Assembly: GCA_964016885.1 (NCBI GenBank) | Contig: OZ024741.1 | Span: 398,350,001-398,414,000, forward strand | DNA from: Eledone cirrhosa | Lineage: Eukaryota | DNA: 64,000 nucleotides | Reading direction: 5' to 3' | Shown here: piece after piece, positions 50,649-64,000 of the stretch | Layout of the letters: each line of letters starts with the position of its first letter | Numbering within the stretch: the stretch's first letter is position 1 | Notes under the pieces: model-generated | Seen by the model: only the letters and a program-made list of their open reading frames with translations | Database searches by the model: none | What the model was told of the DNA's origin: nothing | Translations under genes and position numbers: made by a program

Positions 50649-53600
50649 ATCATCATCAACGTTTAACGTCCGTGTTCCACGCTTGCATGGGTTTGGACGG
50701 GGGTTTTCCCATTTGAGGCAAGAGTGATTGTCTTGCTCGCATAGGACTGTCTGGCAGGTTTTCTACAGTTGGATGCCCTTCCTAACACCAACCACATTTG
50801 CAGTGTGGGTCTGGGAGGTTTTTACCGTGTTGCCTACACGGCCACATTACAGCGTGGACTGTGTGTTTTTTTGTCGTGACACCTACACGATCTCATTTGT
50901 TTCGGCCTGGATGTTGTGGCACCAACATAACTTTACATAGAAGGGGGCGGTGTGGATGGGGTGGGGGTTGTGAGACGGGGGTGTATTTTGTTAGAGATGC
51001 CTACTGACTGTAGTAGGTTTTACTTTGTATTTAGGTAAGGCGGGTCTTCTCTATTACTGAGTACCGCCAAAGGTCTCGGTCCAGTGACATTGTCTTGGTG
51101 AGGTGTAAGTGTGTGAGGTCGGAGTTTATCAGCTCGTCCCAGGTTTTTCTGGGTCTGCCTATTCCGTGGCTACCGTCTATCTTTATTGCCCTGCACTTTG
51201 TTATACAGCTATCGTCCTTCATGCGCATCACGTGACCATACCAACGTAGCCTTCTCTCTAGTAAACAACATCTGATCCCTCTTGTTTCTAATTTTTTCCT
51301 TAGTTCGTTTATGCTTTGTCGTTCACGTATATTACTATTACACATCCAGCGGAGCATGCAAGCTTCGTTTCTCTCTAGTCTGCGTATATCCTCTGCACAC
51401 AATGCCCAGGTCTCACTGCCATGCAACATTGCTCTTCGTATGCAGGCATCGTACAACCTGCCTTTCATTTTTAGAGAGAACCCTCTAGCGGCTAATAGTG
51501 GTATAAGCTCTCTGAACTTTTTCCACCCAGTTCTGACTCTAGCTACTGTACTTTCAGAGCACCCTCCCCCACTGCTGATTTTGTCACCCAGGTAACGGAA
51601 GCTGTCCACTATTTCTATAGAACCCTCTGCGCAGTTGAAAGAGCTAGTATTTTGTGGGCACTTGCTGCTACTTATTGCCCCAGAACACCGGCCACATGTA
51701 AAATCTATGTTCTTAGTTAGCTTACCTGTGATCCCACTACATCTTTTATGCACCAAAACTTTGCATTTGGGACACAAAATGGAATTTCTACCTACGCCTT
51801 TCCTACACTCTGCGCATGCCCACTTCCCGGAGGGGACCGCCGCCTTATTTTCTTTCTTACAAACTAGAACTTTAGTCTTAGCCAGGTTAATTTTAAGGCC
51901 TTTTGATTCTAGGCCGTGCTTCCATGTTTGGAATTTCTTCTCTAGCTCGGCCATTGATTCAGCTATGAGCGTTAGATCATCTGCGTATAGGAGTTCCCAT
52001 GGGCAGCCGGTCTTGAACTCCACTGTTATAGCCTGGAGGGCAATAATAAATAGTAGGGGGCTAAGAACAGAGCCCTGATGAACACCAACTTTTACACTAA
52101 ACTCTTCACTATATTCGTTGTTAATTCTAACCTTGCTGACTGTTTCTTTATACATGGCTTGTATAGCTCTCACAAGCCATTCATCAACACCTAGTTTTCT
52201 AAGAGCCCACCAGATAATGGAACGGGGGACTCTGTCGAAGGCCTTCTCCAAGTCGACGAAAGCTAAGTATAGGGGTTTACTTTTAGCTAGGTACTTCTCC
52301 TGTAGTTGTCGTACAATGAAAAGAGCGTCTGTGGTACTTTTACCTGACACAAACCCGAACTGCATTTCATCTAGATCAATTCGCTCTCTGATTAGTTGCG
52401 CTATTACTTTTTCCGTGACCTTCATGACCTGGTCGATTAATTTAATGCCTCTATAGTTACTCCTATCTAGGGCATCTCCTTTACCCTTATAACAGTTAAC
52501 GATAATGCTGCTACGCCAGTCCTTCGGAACAACCCCGTTCTGTATGACTTGGTTGACTATCCGGGTGACCATGGTGTGTCCCCGTTCTGTATGACTTGGT
52601 TGATTATCCGGGTGACCATGGTGTGTCCCACTGTACCAGATGCCTTCAGCATCTCGGCAACTATTTCCGAAGGCCCAGCCGCCTTGCCTGTCTTCATATC
52701 TTTGATTGCCTTACTTATTATACTACCCTCGACTAACACTGCTGGTCCCTCTATTGGGTCGATGTGGGGGAGACTGTCTTTCTCCCATTTATTCTCCTCA
52801 TTTAGTAGCCTTTCATAGTGACACTTCCAAGCTACCTTCTTATCGGCGTCGGTGATGGCAAGTACGCCGTCATCGTTAAGTACACACTTCTCCCCGACAA
52901 TATCACTGTTTTCCTTGACACATTGCCTAGCAATCCTGAACACCTCACGTTTTTTGGTCCTCACGTTGTAGAACATGCTTGAACTTTCTTTCCACTGCTT
53001 CCCTTCTTGCGAAGTACACTTGTCTCCTAGCTTCCCTCCTGGCCACTTGATAGTCTTCTCTACTTCCCCCATCCCGCCATACTTTCCAAGCCTGCTTTTT
53101 GGCCTTAATTGACCCCTCCACCTTACTGTTCCACCACCATGTTACTCTCCTCCTGCCTACAGGCCTGCTCCAGCCACAGACTTCGTCTGCCGCCGTCAGC
53201 AGGTTTGCTTTCAGGAATTCCCACTGTTCCTCTACCTTGTACGTCTCTAATTGCTCTTCCTTACTGTCGAAAGCATCAAGTAATATGCTTTGGAATTTAT
53301 TTTTGGCTGTGGGGTCCTTTAGCTTCCATATTTTTCTCCTGAGGATAGTCCTCTTCTGTTGTCTAGTACGTCTCGTCCTGACTATTAGGTCGCTAATTAT
53401 CAGTCTATGTTGGGAGGTGCATTCTTCATGGGGGAGGGATTTAGTGTTTACGACAGTCACTTTGTCACGTCTTCTCGTAAGGATATAATCTACCTGGCTG
53501 GTATGTTCCCCTGATCTGTAGGTGATCAAGTGATTGTCTCGTTTTTTGAAGTTAGTGTTGCAGATAGTTAGGTTATTTGCGTCGCAGAATTCCAGGATTC

Positions 53601-54454
53601 TGGAGCCTTCCTCATTTCTAGTACCAAACCCATAGCCTCCATGGATTTCGTCGTAGCCGTCACAATGTTGTCCAATGTGACCGTTTAGGTCGCCTGCAAT
53701 AATTATATAGTCACTGTTGGTTATTTGGGAGGTAGTGAGCATCGGTGTCTCATAGAATCTGTCTTTTATAGTTCTGGGCAGTCCGGATTGGGGTGCGTAC
53801 GCGGATATTATTGTCACCGTAGTTCTATTGAGGACAAGTCTTATTTTAATTATTCTGTCGTTCACTCTATTTACGTCTATTATCTTATCTGCCCACTTTT
53901 CTGCTACCATGATTCCTACTCCACCCAGCCCATTGTCGTTTCCCACCCAGAAAAGCTTATAGCATCGTTTTCTACCCACAATGAATCTAGCAGATCCACC
54001 CCTCCACCTGGTCTCTTGAATACAACAAACATCGACCTCCTTACGTTCAAGCATTTCTACAATCTCGTTAGAGCGACCCTTTAAGGTGCCTACATTCAAG
54101 GTACCAAATTTGAAGTTTTAGATTGCGTTTGGGGGGTTGGAAAGGTGGGGAGCGTGGGGAGATGGGGTTATGTTAGCCATCCGCGGCCGAAACAAAGAGG
54201 CATGCTCGCATTCTCGTCCACGAGGTGTGATTGTCTTTAACTTTGGCATTGTCGCTGAGCGTCCAGATTTTTCTCTCTTCAACTCTCCGGAACTCCGTAG
54301 TCCTTCCATCCTACATATCGAAGGCGACCAGGTAAGCGATAGTATAGGCCTCTGGCTTATGATTGGTCCACTTAATAATAATGGTGGTGTGTGGGGGCGG
54401 GAGGGAGGGGTGTTGAGTTGTTAGCGAGAAGAATAGGTTTAGGTGAGATCCCCG
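50649..54454 (-). mobile_element. Near full-length RTE family 1 element (duplicate of 33550-37355)
   Basis: ORFs 51031-52572, 52557-53072, 52945-54099 carry the same lesions. Confidence 0.96.
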
Positions 54455-54483
54455 TATATATATATATATATATGTATGTATAG

Positions 54484-56636
54484 TAATAATAATAAAATTG
54501 AAGACTAAAACCCAAAGAGGGCTCGATAAGGATAAATATATATCAAATATATAAGAACCGTAGAGCAAATATTTATTAAAATAACAGATTAAAGTTTAAG
54601 CAAAGAATCGCTGCTTTCACCCTTAACGGGATCTTCTGAAACTAACAAAATCAATCTGTAAACGCAGAAGTGGATATTTCAAAAAACGTTGCAACCGGAG
54701 GAAGACAGGAAGACGATACTTTGCTTCGTGGAAACGTTCCTTGGCAAAGAACGGGAAAAAACGAATATAATACGTCATTAATAGGAGCGGTGAAAAACAA
54801 TTACACGCAAAGACAGAACCACGTTTATGGTATAAAAGAGGTCGTAGACTAATATTCTCTTAGGTGGTTCATAGAGACGTTCTCTGGCAATGAACGGAAA
54901 AAACGAAGATAATACGTCATATGTGGAGCGTGGAGAACAATTGCACGCAAAGACAAAACCACGTAAATGGTATAGCAGAAGTCGTAGACTAAAATTCTAA
55001 CTAGGAAACCGAATGAATCTCCGCTTCAGAGTTAAGAATAAAGTAAATAAAATACAATACAGAGGTAATAGAAAATAAATAAATACATACACGCATGCAA
55101 ATACGTACATACACAAGCATACGCGAAAACACTTGCCATAGGTATACAAAACCACGCACATATAAATATGTGTATGTGTGTGTGCGTGTATACAAATAAA
55201 TAAATAATTAAATAAACGTATATAAATAAATAAATACATATATAACAAGCGCACACACATACCTACATGTAAATACACAAATGTTCGGAGACGACGTCAA
55301 CCAAAACATGAAGTACACAATACACACACCCTACATACGTACGAACCTGCATACTCACACAGATGCAAAACTCCCGTATACGCATAACCAAACCATATGT
55401 ACCAGAATATATAAAAAATTATACGCCATAACATATACAATCAAATATACGTACAAGAAAGTATACGTACCTTCACAAAACATACAGGTAATATATACTT
55501 ACCTATGCAAATAAGTAATGGTATAAACAAAACATATACTTAGCTACCATATCAAGACGTAAAATATCCACGTATAGATCGTACTATCCGTTAGGGTATA
55601 ACGTGGGGCTGTAATACAGGAAAGTTTTGTGCAATTTATGTTTACAAGCCGAAATTGCCTCAAATTTTTTTGTGGTCTGTGGCGTAGAGTATTTCTAGGG
55701 CCTCAGCGGCGCAGAGGTCACGTGGTCTTTTATTTCCGTTATACAATCTAGCCCTAGCTAGGATCTCCCAGTGTAACTTATATTGGGTGTGGTTGTCTTT
55801 TAGACTCCAAATATAAGCTGAAAGTGACGTCATATTCCTTCTTAGAGGGTAATGAAAAGAATGGGTATGCATGTAAAGACGCTGCTTGAATCTATTGGCG
55901 GTTAACCCTATGTAGGCCCTACGGGACGTGGGTGTTTCAACCTTACATTTGTAGACAATGTTACTAGAGAGGCATTTCCCGGATAGGGGGCAATCAACCC
56001 GATTCCTACAATTACAGTTAGTACTAACTACAGGGTTGCACGTGTTCCTACGGCTAGGTAGTTTAGCTAAATTTGAAGCTCTTATGATATGTGCAAGGTT
56101 AGGAGTCGTAGAGTAAGAAATTTTAATAGTATTTCTATTAAAAATGTTACTATATTTATGTGTAGGGGGAAATGCTTCGTAATAAGGGAAAGAAAGATCT
56201 TAGCTAATGGTGTGGCCACCTCCATATTATATGGTGGGTTATACCAACAAATGCGACGGGATCTATTTCTTCTAGGTCTATTTTCGTACTCCGTATATGC
56301 TACCTTATCGACAAATCCACTCCGAGCAAGAGCTTCATTGTAATAAGTGGAATGGTCGTTGAAAATATGCTCGTTAGTAGATAGACGGGAAAGCCTCAAC
56401 GAAACGTTTCTTGCCAGGTTCTTGGTTATGCTGGCAGGATGGTTGGAATGCTTACTTATGTAATTAAGCGTATCATTCGGCTTTCTCTCTATACAGGTTG
56501 AGGCCAATCTCTCAGTCGTTAATTACCTCGACGTTACCCTCAATTTATCGAATGGGTTGTATTACCCATATAGAAAGCCGAATGATACGCTTAATTACAT
56601 AAGTAAGCATTCCAACCATCCTGCCAGCATAACCAA
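54484..56636 (-). mobile_element. Penelope-like element (duplicate of 37385-39537)
   Basis: ORFs 55660-55872 and 56082-56507 identical to copy A. Confidence 0.88.
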
Positions 56637-56902
56637 TATATCAGAGTTTTCCTTCTCCTAGAATTCTGCCTTGACAAAGGCTAAGGGGTCATCTCTCCCG
56701 GTGATTTTGGATGGCCATTGACTCTTAAGAGCTCCTTTGCCCTTTGACAGGTTTTGTTTTTAGTCCTGCAGGATGTCCAAAGTCACCCTCCTCACCAAGA
56801 AACCTTGGTGGGCTTGCCAGTTTAGTCGCCAATGACCCGACCATGAGACAGGTTGTACTGGGATACATGTTTCCAGTAGCACCAACTGGTGACATGACAT
56901 AT

Positions 56903-56936
<34 letters not shown>

Positions 56937-57945
56937 TATATAATGATAATAAGCAGTAGGACCAAGGTGTCAAAATAATATAATTATGTTTATTCACATT
57001 TGATGTGTGTTTTGCGATTGGTGGTGGTGGTGGTAGTAGAGTCATAGTAGCAGTAGTAGTAGTAGTAGCAGCAACAGCAGTACAGAACCAGTAGTAGTTG
57101 TAGTAGCAGCACCACCAGCATTACTAGCAGTAGTAGTAGTAGCAGCAGTAATAGTAGTAGTAGTAGTAGCAGCAGCAGTACAGAACCAGTAGTAGTTGTA
57201 GTAGCAGCATTACTAGCAGCAGTAATAGTAGTAGTAGTAGTAGTAGCAGCAGCAGCATTACTAGCAGTAGTAGTAGTAGTAGTAGTAGCAGTAGTAGTAG
57301 TAGTATATTATCTATCATCATTACTATATATTTATGGGGGTGGTTTTACTCACAATTGATATTTTTATCAACATTTCACCCACCCTGTAAATGTTTATGT
57401 ATGTGTGTTTGTATGTGTGGGTATGTGTGTGTATGTGTTTGAGTTTGTGTGTATGTATGTGTATCTATTTTTGTATGTGTATGTTTGTGTATATGTATCT
57501 ATGTTTATATGTGTTTGTGTATCTATGTTTGTATATGTTTGTGTAGGTGTATCTATGTTTGTATGTGTGTGTGTTGAGTTTGTGTGTATGTATGTGTATA
57601 TGTTTGTATCTATATGTGTTTGTGTTTGTGTATGTATGTGTGTGTGTTTGTTTGTGTATGTGTATCTATGTATGTGAGTATGTATGTTTGTGTATCTATG
57701 TTTGTACGTGTATGTATGTTTTTGTATGTATGTGTATGTTTGTGAGTATGTATGTTTTTGTATGTCTATGTTTGTATGTGTATGTTTGTGTATGTGTCTC
57801 TATGTTTGTATGTTTGTATGTTTTATCAATATTTCTGCTACCATTTAAATGGTTATAACAAAAATACTGATCAATCTCCGATGGGTCTCGAGATGGAAAT
57901 AAAGATTGCATTGTATATATATTGACTTTTACTTATGTTTATATC

Positions 57946-57980
<35 letters not shown>

Positions 57981-58942
57981 CATTTATGTTAGGCTGTTTA
58001 CCAATGGGTAGAACTGGGGGTTCCGGTTAGTAAACGATGATGCAATAAATTAATTAAAGCACCCAACATTATGCAAATCATCCATCGTAGATGTGGTTTC
58101 CAGTGGGAATGGAGTCATCATCATCATCATCATCACCGTTTTACATCCGTTCTTCCATGCTAGCATGGGTTAGACAGGTTGTCCTGTTGTGGGCAGTGTC
58201 TGGTCGGCTGACCATGCCTTGCTCATACAGGAACTGATTTGGCTTGATTTCTACAGCTGGATGCCCTTCCTAACACCAACCTCATTTACAGTGAGTGCTG
58301 GGTGCTTTTTTGCCGTGGCACCTCCACGACCACCTTGCAGTGGGGGGCGTGGGGGCATATTGTCTATATGCTTCAGCTTGTACCCATGGGAGGTCGAGTA
58401 TTCTGTATTACTGCGTGACGCCAGAGGTCACGGTCGTTTGTCATTGCCTTTGAGAGGTGTAATTGTGAAAGGTCGGCTTTTATCACCTCATCCCAGGTCA
58501 TCTTGGGTCTCCCCATTCATTAAAACCACAACAGAAGGCCGGACTAGAAAATGTAGTTAATAATTTTAATTCCATGAGATCATTATACATATTTCCATGG
58601 CCCAGCTCTACCATCTGATTATGGTGCAAGACTAAACGATTTCATCAGGTGTTATTTGCAGGATTACATTGAACCTAAACAGAAGAGAAAAGCGAAAAGA
58701 GAAAATAGAGGATGGATTCGATTCAGGGGCAGCATGCCCATGCCAATTTGGTGTTGTAGCCATGACTGATGCTGCCCGAGAGTTCATATGTGATTGACGA
58801 AGACCCCGTGATAAATAGGTGAAACTCCAGAGTAACAAGACTCACTATTTAGCCTTAATAAAATGAATATATATATATATATATATATATATAGATATAT
58901 ATATATAGATATATATATATATATAAACGTGTCTGTGTGTAT

Positions 58943-58993
<51 letters not shown>

Positions 58994-59076
58994 ACTGGTA
59001 ATAAAGTGGTAAAGAATTACTGACCTTTCCTGTTTATAATTATATATAGTGTATATATAAGTATAAATAATATTAT

Positions 59077-59119
<43 letters not shown>

Positions 59120-60640
59120 CATACATACATATATCATCATCATCATCACCGTTTTACGTCCGTTCTTCCACGCTAGCATGGGTTAGACGGGTTGTCCTGT
59201 TGTGGGCAGTGTCCGGTCGGCTGACCTTGTCTTGCTCATACGGGAACTGATACTGGCTTGATTTCTACAGCTGGATGCCTTTCCTAACACCAACCTCATT
59301 TACAGTGAGTGCTGGGTGCTTTTTTCTGTGGCGCCTACACATCCACTTTGCAGTGTGCGCTGGGTGCTTTTTTTGCCGTGGCACTTCCACGACCACTTTG
59401 CAGTGGGAGGGTGTGGGGGCATATTGTCTATATGCTTAAGCTTCGGCTTGTACTCGTGGGGGGTCGGGTCTTCTGTATTACTGCGTGACGCCAGAGGTCA
59501 CGGCCGTGTGTCATCGCCTCTGAGAGGTGTAATTGGGTAAGGTCGGCTTTTATCACCTCATCCCAGGTCATCTTGGGTCTCCCCACTCCGCGGTTTCCAT
59601 CGACTTCTAGTGCTCTGCACCTTTTTATGCAGGTGTCATCCTTCATACACATCACATGTCCATACCAACGCAACCGCCACTCCTGCACACAGCATTTGAT
59701 TCCCGTTATGTTCAGTCTCTCTCTCAATTCATTTATGCTTTGCCGTTCGAGTATATTACTATTACACATCCATCGGAGCATGCAGGCTTCATTTCTTTCT
59801 AATCTACGCAAGTCTTCCACAGACAGCGCCCAGGTCTCACTACCATGTAACATTGTTGTTCGTATACACGCATCATACAGTCTGCCTTTCATTTTGAGGG
59901 AAAATCCTTTTGCAGCTAGCAGTGGCAGTAGTTCCCTAAACTTCTTCCATTCCGTTCTTACCCTAGTTATTGTACTTTCCGAACGCACATCTCTGCTGCT
60001 AATTCGGTCACCTAGGTAGCAGAAGCTGTCTACAGTTTCTACAGAGCCCTCCCAGAGTTTGGTGGTACTTGTTTCCTGTGGCTGTTTGCTGCTTGCTGTC
60101 CCAGCACAGCTGCTACATGTAAAGCCTTCATTCTTAATTAAGCTTCCTGAGATCCGCTACATCTCTTGTGTACCCATTGTTTGCATTTGAGGCAGAGAAT
60201 GGAGTTCCTACCTACATACTGAGCAAGGCCATTTCCCTGAGGGGATCTGGGTTCTGTTTTCTCGTCTACTTACAAAGACCTTAGTCTTTGTCAGGTTGAC
60301 TTTGAGACCCTTTCTTTCTAGTCCCTGCTTCCAAGATTGGAATTTCTTCTCTAGTTCTACCATAGATTCAGCTATAAGTGCGAGGTCATCTGCATACACG
60401 AGTTCCCATGGGCATCCGGTCTTAAACTCTTCCATTATTGCCTGCAGAACTATGATGAACAGAACCTTGGTGGACACTGAGCTTTACGCTAAATTCCTCG
60501 CTATAGTCATTGCTAATCCTAACTTTGCTGACTGCTCCCCTATACATGGCTTGTACAGCTTTCACAAGCCATTCATCTACTCCTAGTTATATATTTATCA
60601 ACACACACATATATATCTATATATATATATATATATATAT

Positions 60641-60966
60641 CACTACCCCCCACCCCATCCACACCACCCCTTTCAATGTAAAGTTATGTTGGTACCACAA
60701 CATCCAGGCCGAAACAAATGAGGTTGTGTAGGTGTCACGACAAAAAAACACACAGTCCACGCTGTAATGTGGCCGTGTAGGTAACACGGTAAAAACCTCC
60801 CAGTCCCACACTGTAAATGTGGTTGGTGTTAGGAAGGGCATCCAGCCGTAGAAAACCCGCCAGACAGTCCTATGCGAGCAAGACAACCACTCTTGCCTCA
60901 AGTGGGAAAACTCCCGTCCAAACCCATGCAAGCGTGGAATATGGACGTTAAACGATGATGATGATA
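60641..60966 (+). mobile_element. RTE family 1 3' UTR fragment without the internal duplication
   Basis: Colinear with other 3' UTRs; (GAT)n tail. Confidence 0.92.
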
Positions 60967-61169
60967 TATAATTAAAAGTTTAACAAGGTTCAATGAATTA
61001 ATCAATGAATAAAGTTTTACAATAGATTAGAATCACTGTACAGGAAGGTTTTCTGGAGTTATTAATATTAGTTCAAAATATTAATAAATATAGACATTCA
61101 TGTGATCAAGTATATTTTATGGTACCATGACTGAATTATAACCATCAACACAGTCAAGATATGTCAGAC

Positions 61170-61250
61170 ATCAATTTATTTTATCTGATGAGGACGTACT
61201 GTTGAAATAGCTCAGTACCTCTGAAATATGTATAATAAAATATATTTGAT
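61170..61250 (+). ncRNA. Type-I hammerhead ribozyme motif with minimal stem III
   Basis: TATTTTAT | CTGATGA (61185-61191) | GGA-c-GTACTG..CAGTAC-c-TCT | GAA | ATATGTAT near-palindrome | A (AUA cut after 61234) | ATAAAATA; outer ATCAA/TTGAT extension. Confidence 0.78.
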
Positions 61251-61327
61251 CACATGAATGTCTATATATATGTTTGTGAGTATGTTTGTTAGCATGTGTG
61301 TGTGTTTGTGTTATTTTTATGTGTGTG

Positions 61328-61685
61328 TGAAGGCAGAAGGTTTAGTGTTTAGTTAACAACCACAAGGTTGTATGTTTGATTCCCAGCAGTGTGTTATATC
61401 CTTGAGCAAGACACTTTATTTCATAGTTCTCCAGTCCACTCAGCTGACAAAAATGAATTGTACCTGTTTTTCAAAGGGGCAACTATGTTACCAACTGTAC
61501 CATACTGAATCCCTTCTGAGAACTGCATTAAGGGTGAAATATATCTGGTGAGCAGGTTGATAATGGAATCTGGTCCATAACTTCTATGATGGCCCTCAGC
61601 CAATCCTCTGTGAAACCCACATAATAGGTCAATACACAATAAAAAAACTAAAAACATGTAAACAAAACTTCATCCTTTTTCTTAA
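61328..61685 (+). mobile_element. Decayed tRNA/CORE-like SINE with a different 3' tail
   Basis: Head and ccttgagcaagacactttatttca..tccagt..actcagctg shared with 30715-30848; the remainder is unrelated to the RTE tail and matches 225-296. Confidence 0.7.
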
Positions 61686-61784
61686 TATATATATATATAT
61701 ATATACTAGTGTCTTTTATAATACAGTGAGTCCTCGATATACGGTAGTTCTTTATCTAGTAAATTCACAGATACGGTTTTGGGT

Positions 61785-61926
61785 AATTCATCATCATCAT
61801 CATCGTTTAACATCCATCTTCCACGCTTGCATGGGTTTGGACGGGAATTTTCCCACTTGAGGCAAGATTGGTTGTCTTGCTCGTATAGGACTGTCTGGCA
61901 GGTTTTCTACGGCTGGATGCCCTTCC
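61785..61926 (-). mobile_element. RTE family 1 3' fragment nested in the Tigger element, with ~20-bp TSD
   Basis: tcacagatacggttttgggt (61765-61784) and tcacaaatacggtttttggt (61927-61946) flank it. Confidence 0.88.
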
Positions 61927-62121
61927 TCACAAATACGGTTTTTGGTCGTGTTTTGTTTATATTGTACCATAGCGCCACCTGTAGTAAGGAATAAATTCCC
62001 CCTTGAATTCGTGGAAACTGACTGCTATTTGAATTCTAGGAAAATTGTGTTACTACTGCTATCGTACTAACTGACCTTACCGAGAAACTGGCCAATCACA
62101 AGCGAGTTCAGATATTGGACG

Positions 62122-62230
62122 ATGACGTCATAACTCTTTACTGATCACTTCAGTTCGGCAAACTAGCGTGTCCTCTCAGTGAGAGAATTTTTGCCGAACT
62201 GAAGTGATCAGTTAAGAGTTATGACGTCAT
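62122..62230. repeat. 41-bp inverted repeat upstream of the transposase
   Basis: 62122-62162 and 62190-62230 are reverse complements with one mismatch; each carries TGACGTCA. Confidence 0.92.
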
Positions 62231-62278
62231 TCAAAGTAAGAGAAAACCTGACGGCGTGTTTTATGGAGCATAATTATC

Positions 62279-64000
62279 ATGGCATATCTTATAACCCCAT
62301 ATCTCATGTCACCAAAACGTCCTGCGAATATTGCTGATGCAGATGGAAAGGCCAAACACATGAGGAAGAGCCTGACTTTGGAGATAAAGCTGGGCATTTT
62401 GAAAAGGAAGGAACAGAGGCAAGGTACGTCCACCATAAGTCGTAACATAGGCCTAGCCCAGTCTACAGTCTGGACTGTTTTAAAAAATAGTGAGGCTGTC
62501 AAAAAGGCTGGGGAGAATGCTACGAGTCTACAGAGTAAATTGTTGACCAAACATCGTGAGCCGATTATGGATAGGATGGAAAGGTTGCTCAAAATTTGGA
62601 TCGACGACCAAAATCGTCAAAATATGCCTCTGTCTTTAAATGCAATCAGTGAGAAAGCATTGTCCATTATTGACAGGCTCAAGACTGAAATAGGGGTGGA
62701 GGACTTTGTATTCAAGGCAAGCAAAGGCTGGTTTGATAAGTTCAAACGATGTTCGAGTCTTCACAACATAAAAGTTACAGGTGAGGTTGCCAGTTCCGAC
62801 AAAGAGAGTGCTGAAAATTTCAAGGCAGAGTTAGAGAAATGCATTGCAGAGAAGGGGTACAGCAAAAAACAGGTTATCAATTATGATGAAACAGGACTTT
62901 ATTGGAAAAAGATGACCAGTAATACTTATATTGACAAGGAGGAGAAAAGTGCGAAGGAGTTCAAAGCCTCAAAGGACCGCGTTAATCTGTTACTTGGAGG
63001 GAATGCGGAAGGAGATTATCTACCATTCTGAAACTCTAAGAGCACTCAAGGGGTTACTTAAGCAATACCTACCAGTGATATGGAAGTCTAATAAGAAGGC
63101 ATGGCTGATCACTTCAATTTACCAGCATTTTTTCACATCATATCTGTCACCAACCCTTAAGGAATATGCATTAGCTAACAACATTGCCAACTGTTTTCTG
63201 CTATTAGTGGACAACGCCCCCAGCCACCCATGGGCAATAGAAGACTGGTCAGAAAATATTGAAGTTTTGTTTCTCCCCCCAAACACCACAGCTCTCATTC
63301 AGCCGATGGATCAAGCAGTCATCAAAACATTTAAGGCATACTACCAGTGGAGAACCATGCAGCAGTTGATAAAGGGCACAGATGGGCCTGACAAGCCCAC
63401 GATCAGGGAATAGTGGAAATTGTACAACATCAAGCATGGCTTAGACAACATCAAGGCATCTTGGGAAGAAGTGAAGCAGCCTACCATGAACTTGGCCTGG
63501 AAGATATGGCCAGCATGTGTGAATGACTTCCAAGGCTTTGCTGAGGACATTGGTGCGATAAAAAAAGATATTGTAAATCTCTGCCATAGAGCTGGCTTCG
63601 ATGGTGTTAATGATGATGATGTGCAAGACCTTTTGGAAAGCCATGCTGAACCACTCTCCATTGATGAGCTCATAGAACTAGACAAGGCGATACAGGAGAC
63701 AGAAAAAGAAGAGGAGGAGGAAGAAGAACCTGTGCGTGGCTTGGACATAAAAACTCTAAGAGAATGTCTCGGGAGTATCGCAACAATCTCAGAAACCCTG
63801 AAGGAGCGTGACCCCAACCCTTCTAGGAGCAACAAAGTGGCTCAAGACGTCGAGAAAAGCGTCAAGATTTACCAAGAAATGTATGAAGCCAAAAGAAACA
63901 CCGCCAAACAGTCCTCCATCTACTCTTTCTTCACGCCAGTCACACCTGCCAACCGTGCTACAGCTGGCCCTTCAACATCCCCTGCAGTCAACGAGTTTGT
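62279..64000 (+). pseudogene. Tigger-like (pogo, DD32D) transposase, disrupted
   Basis: psq HTH RKSLTLEIK, CENP-B HTH MERLLKIWI..FKASKGWFDKFK, catalytic YDETG / VDNAPSH / QPMDQ with 32 residues between the last two Asp; frameshifting deletion near 63016 and TAG at 63411-63413. Confidence 0.92.

Larger units (their letters stand above)
61724..64000 (+). mobile_element. Tigger/pogo DNA transposon, left end and transposase; runs off the right edge
   Basis: TA followed by CAGTGAGTCCTCGATATACG at 61724 (Tigger-like TIR); transposase downstream. Confidence 0.85.

Overview
Eukaryotic, repeat-saturated window with no recognisable host gene. The repeat make-up (RTE LINEs with (GAT)n tails, tRNA/CORE-type SINEs, long (TA)/(TATG) microsatellites) suggests an invertebrate, possibly a cephalopod; this is inference only. 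Layout: (i) RTE LINE copy at 0.3-3.0 kb; (ii) a 33-bp minisatellite enclosed by ~45-bp inverted repeats, a short ~30-bp minisatellite, and a ~17.5-kb array of a 30-bp satellite (5.6-23.1 kb); (iii) a nest of RTE fragments, a non-autonomous Helitron and a foldback element (23.6-26.9 kb); (iv) a very young ~17.1-kb tandem duplication (about 26.6-43.7 and 43.7-60.8 kb) whose junction is a chimera of two RTE 3' UTRs, each unit holding RTE copies with a PHD-like finger inside the RT, a SINE, BovB-type fragments and a Naiad-like Penelope retroelement; (v) a second SINE and a disrupted Tigger/pogo transposon at the right end. The least obvious signal is a set of unrelated minimal type-I hammerhead ribozyme motifs with palindromic stem III, sitting in short unique islands between microsatellites (28.8, 29.6, 61.2 kb plus duplicates; degenerate ones at 37.5, 41.5, 41.7 kb), and a possible HDV-like fold at an RTE 5' end. 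All structures were folded by eye; no search or computation was run. Most listed ORFs over satellites and microsatellites are artefacts.
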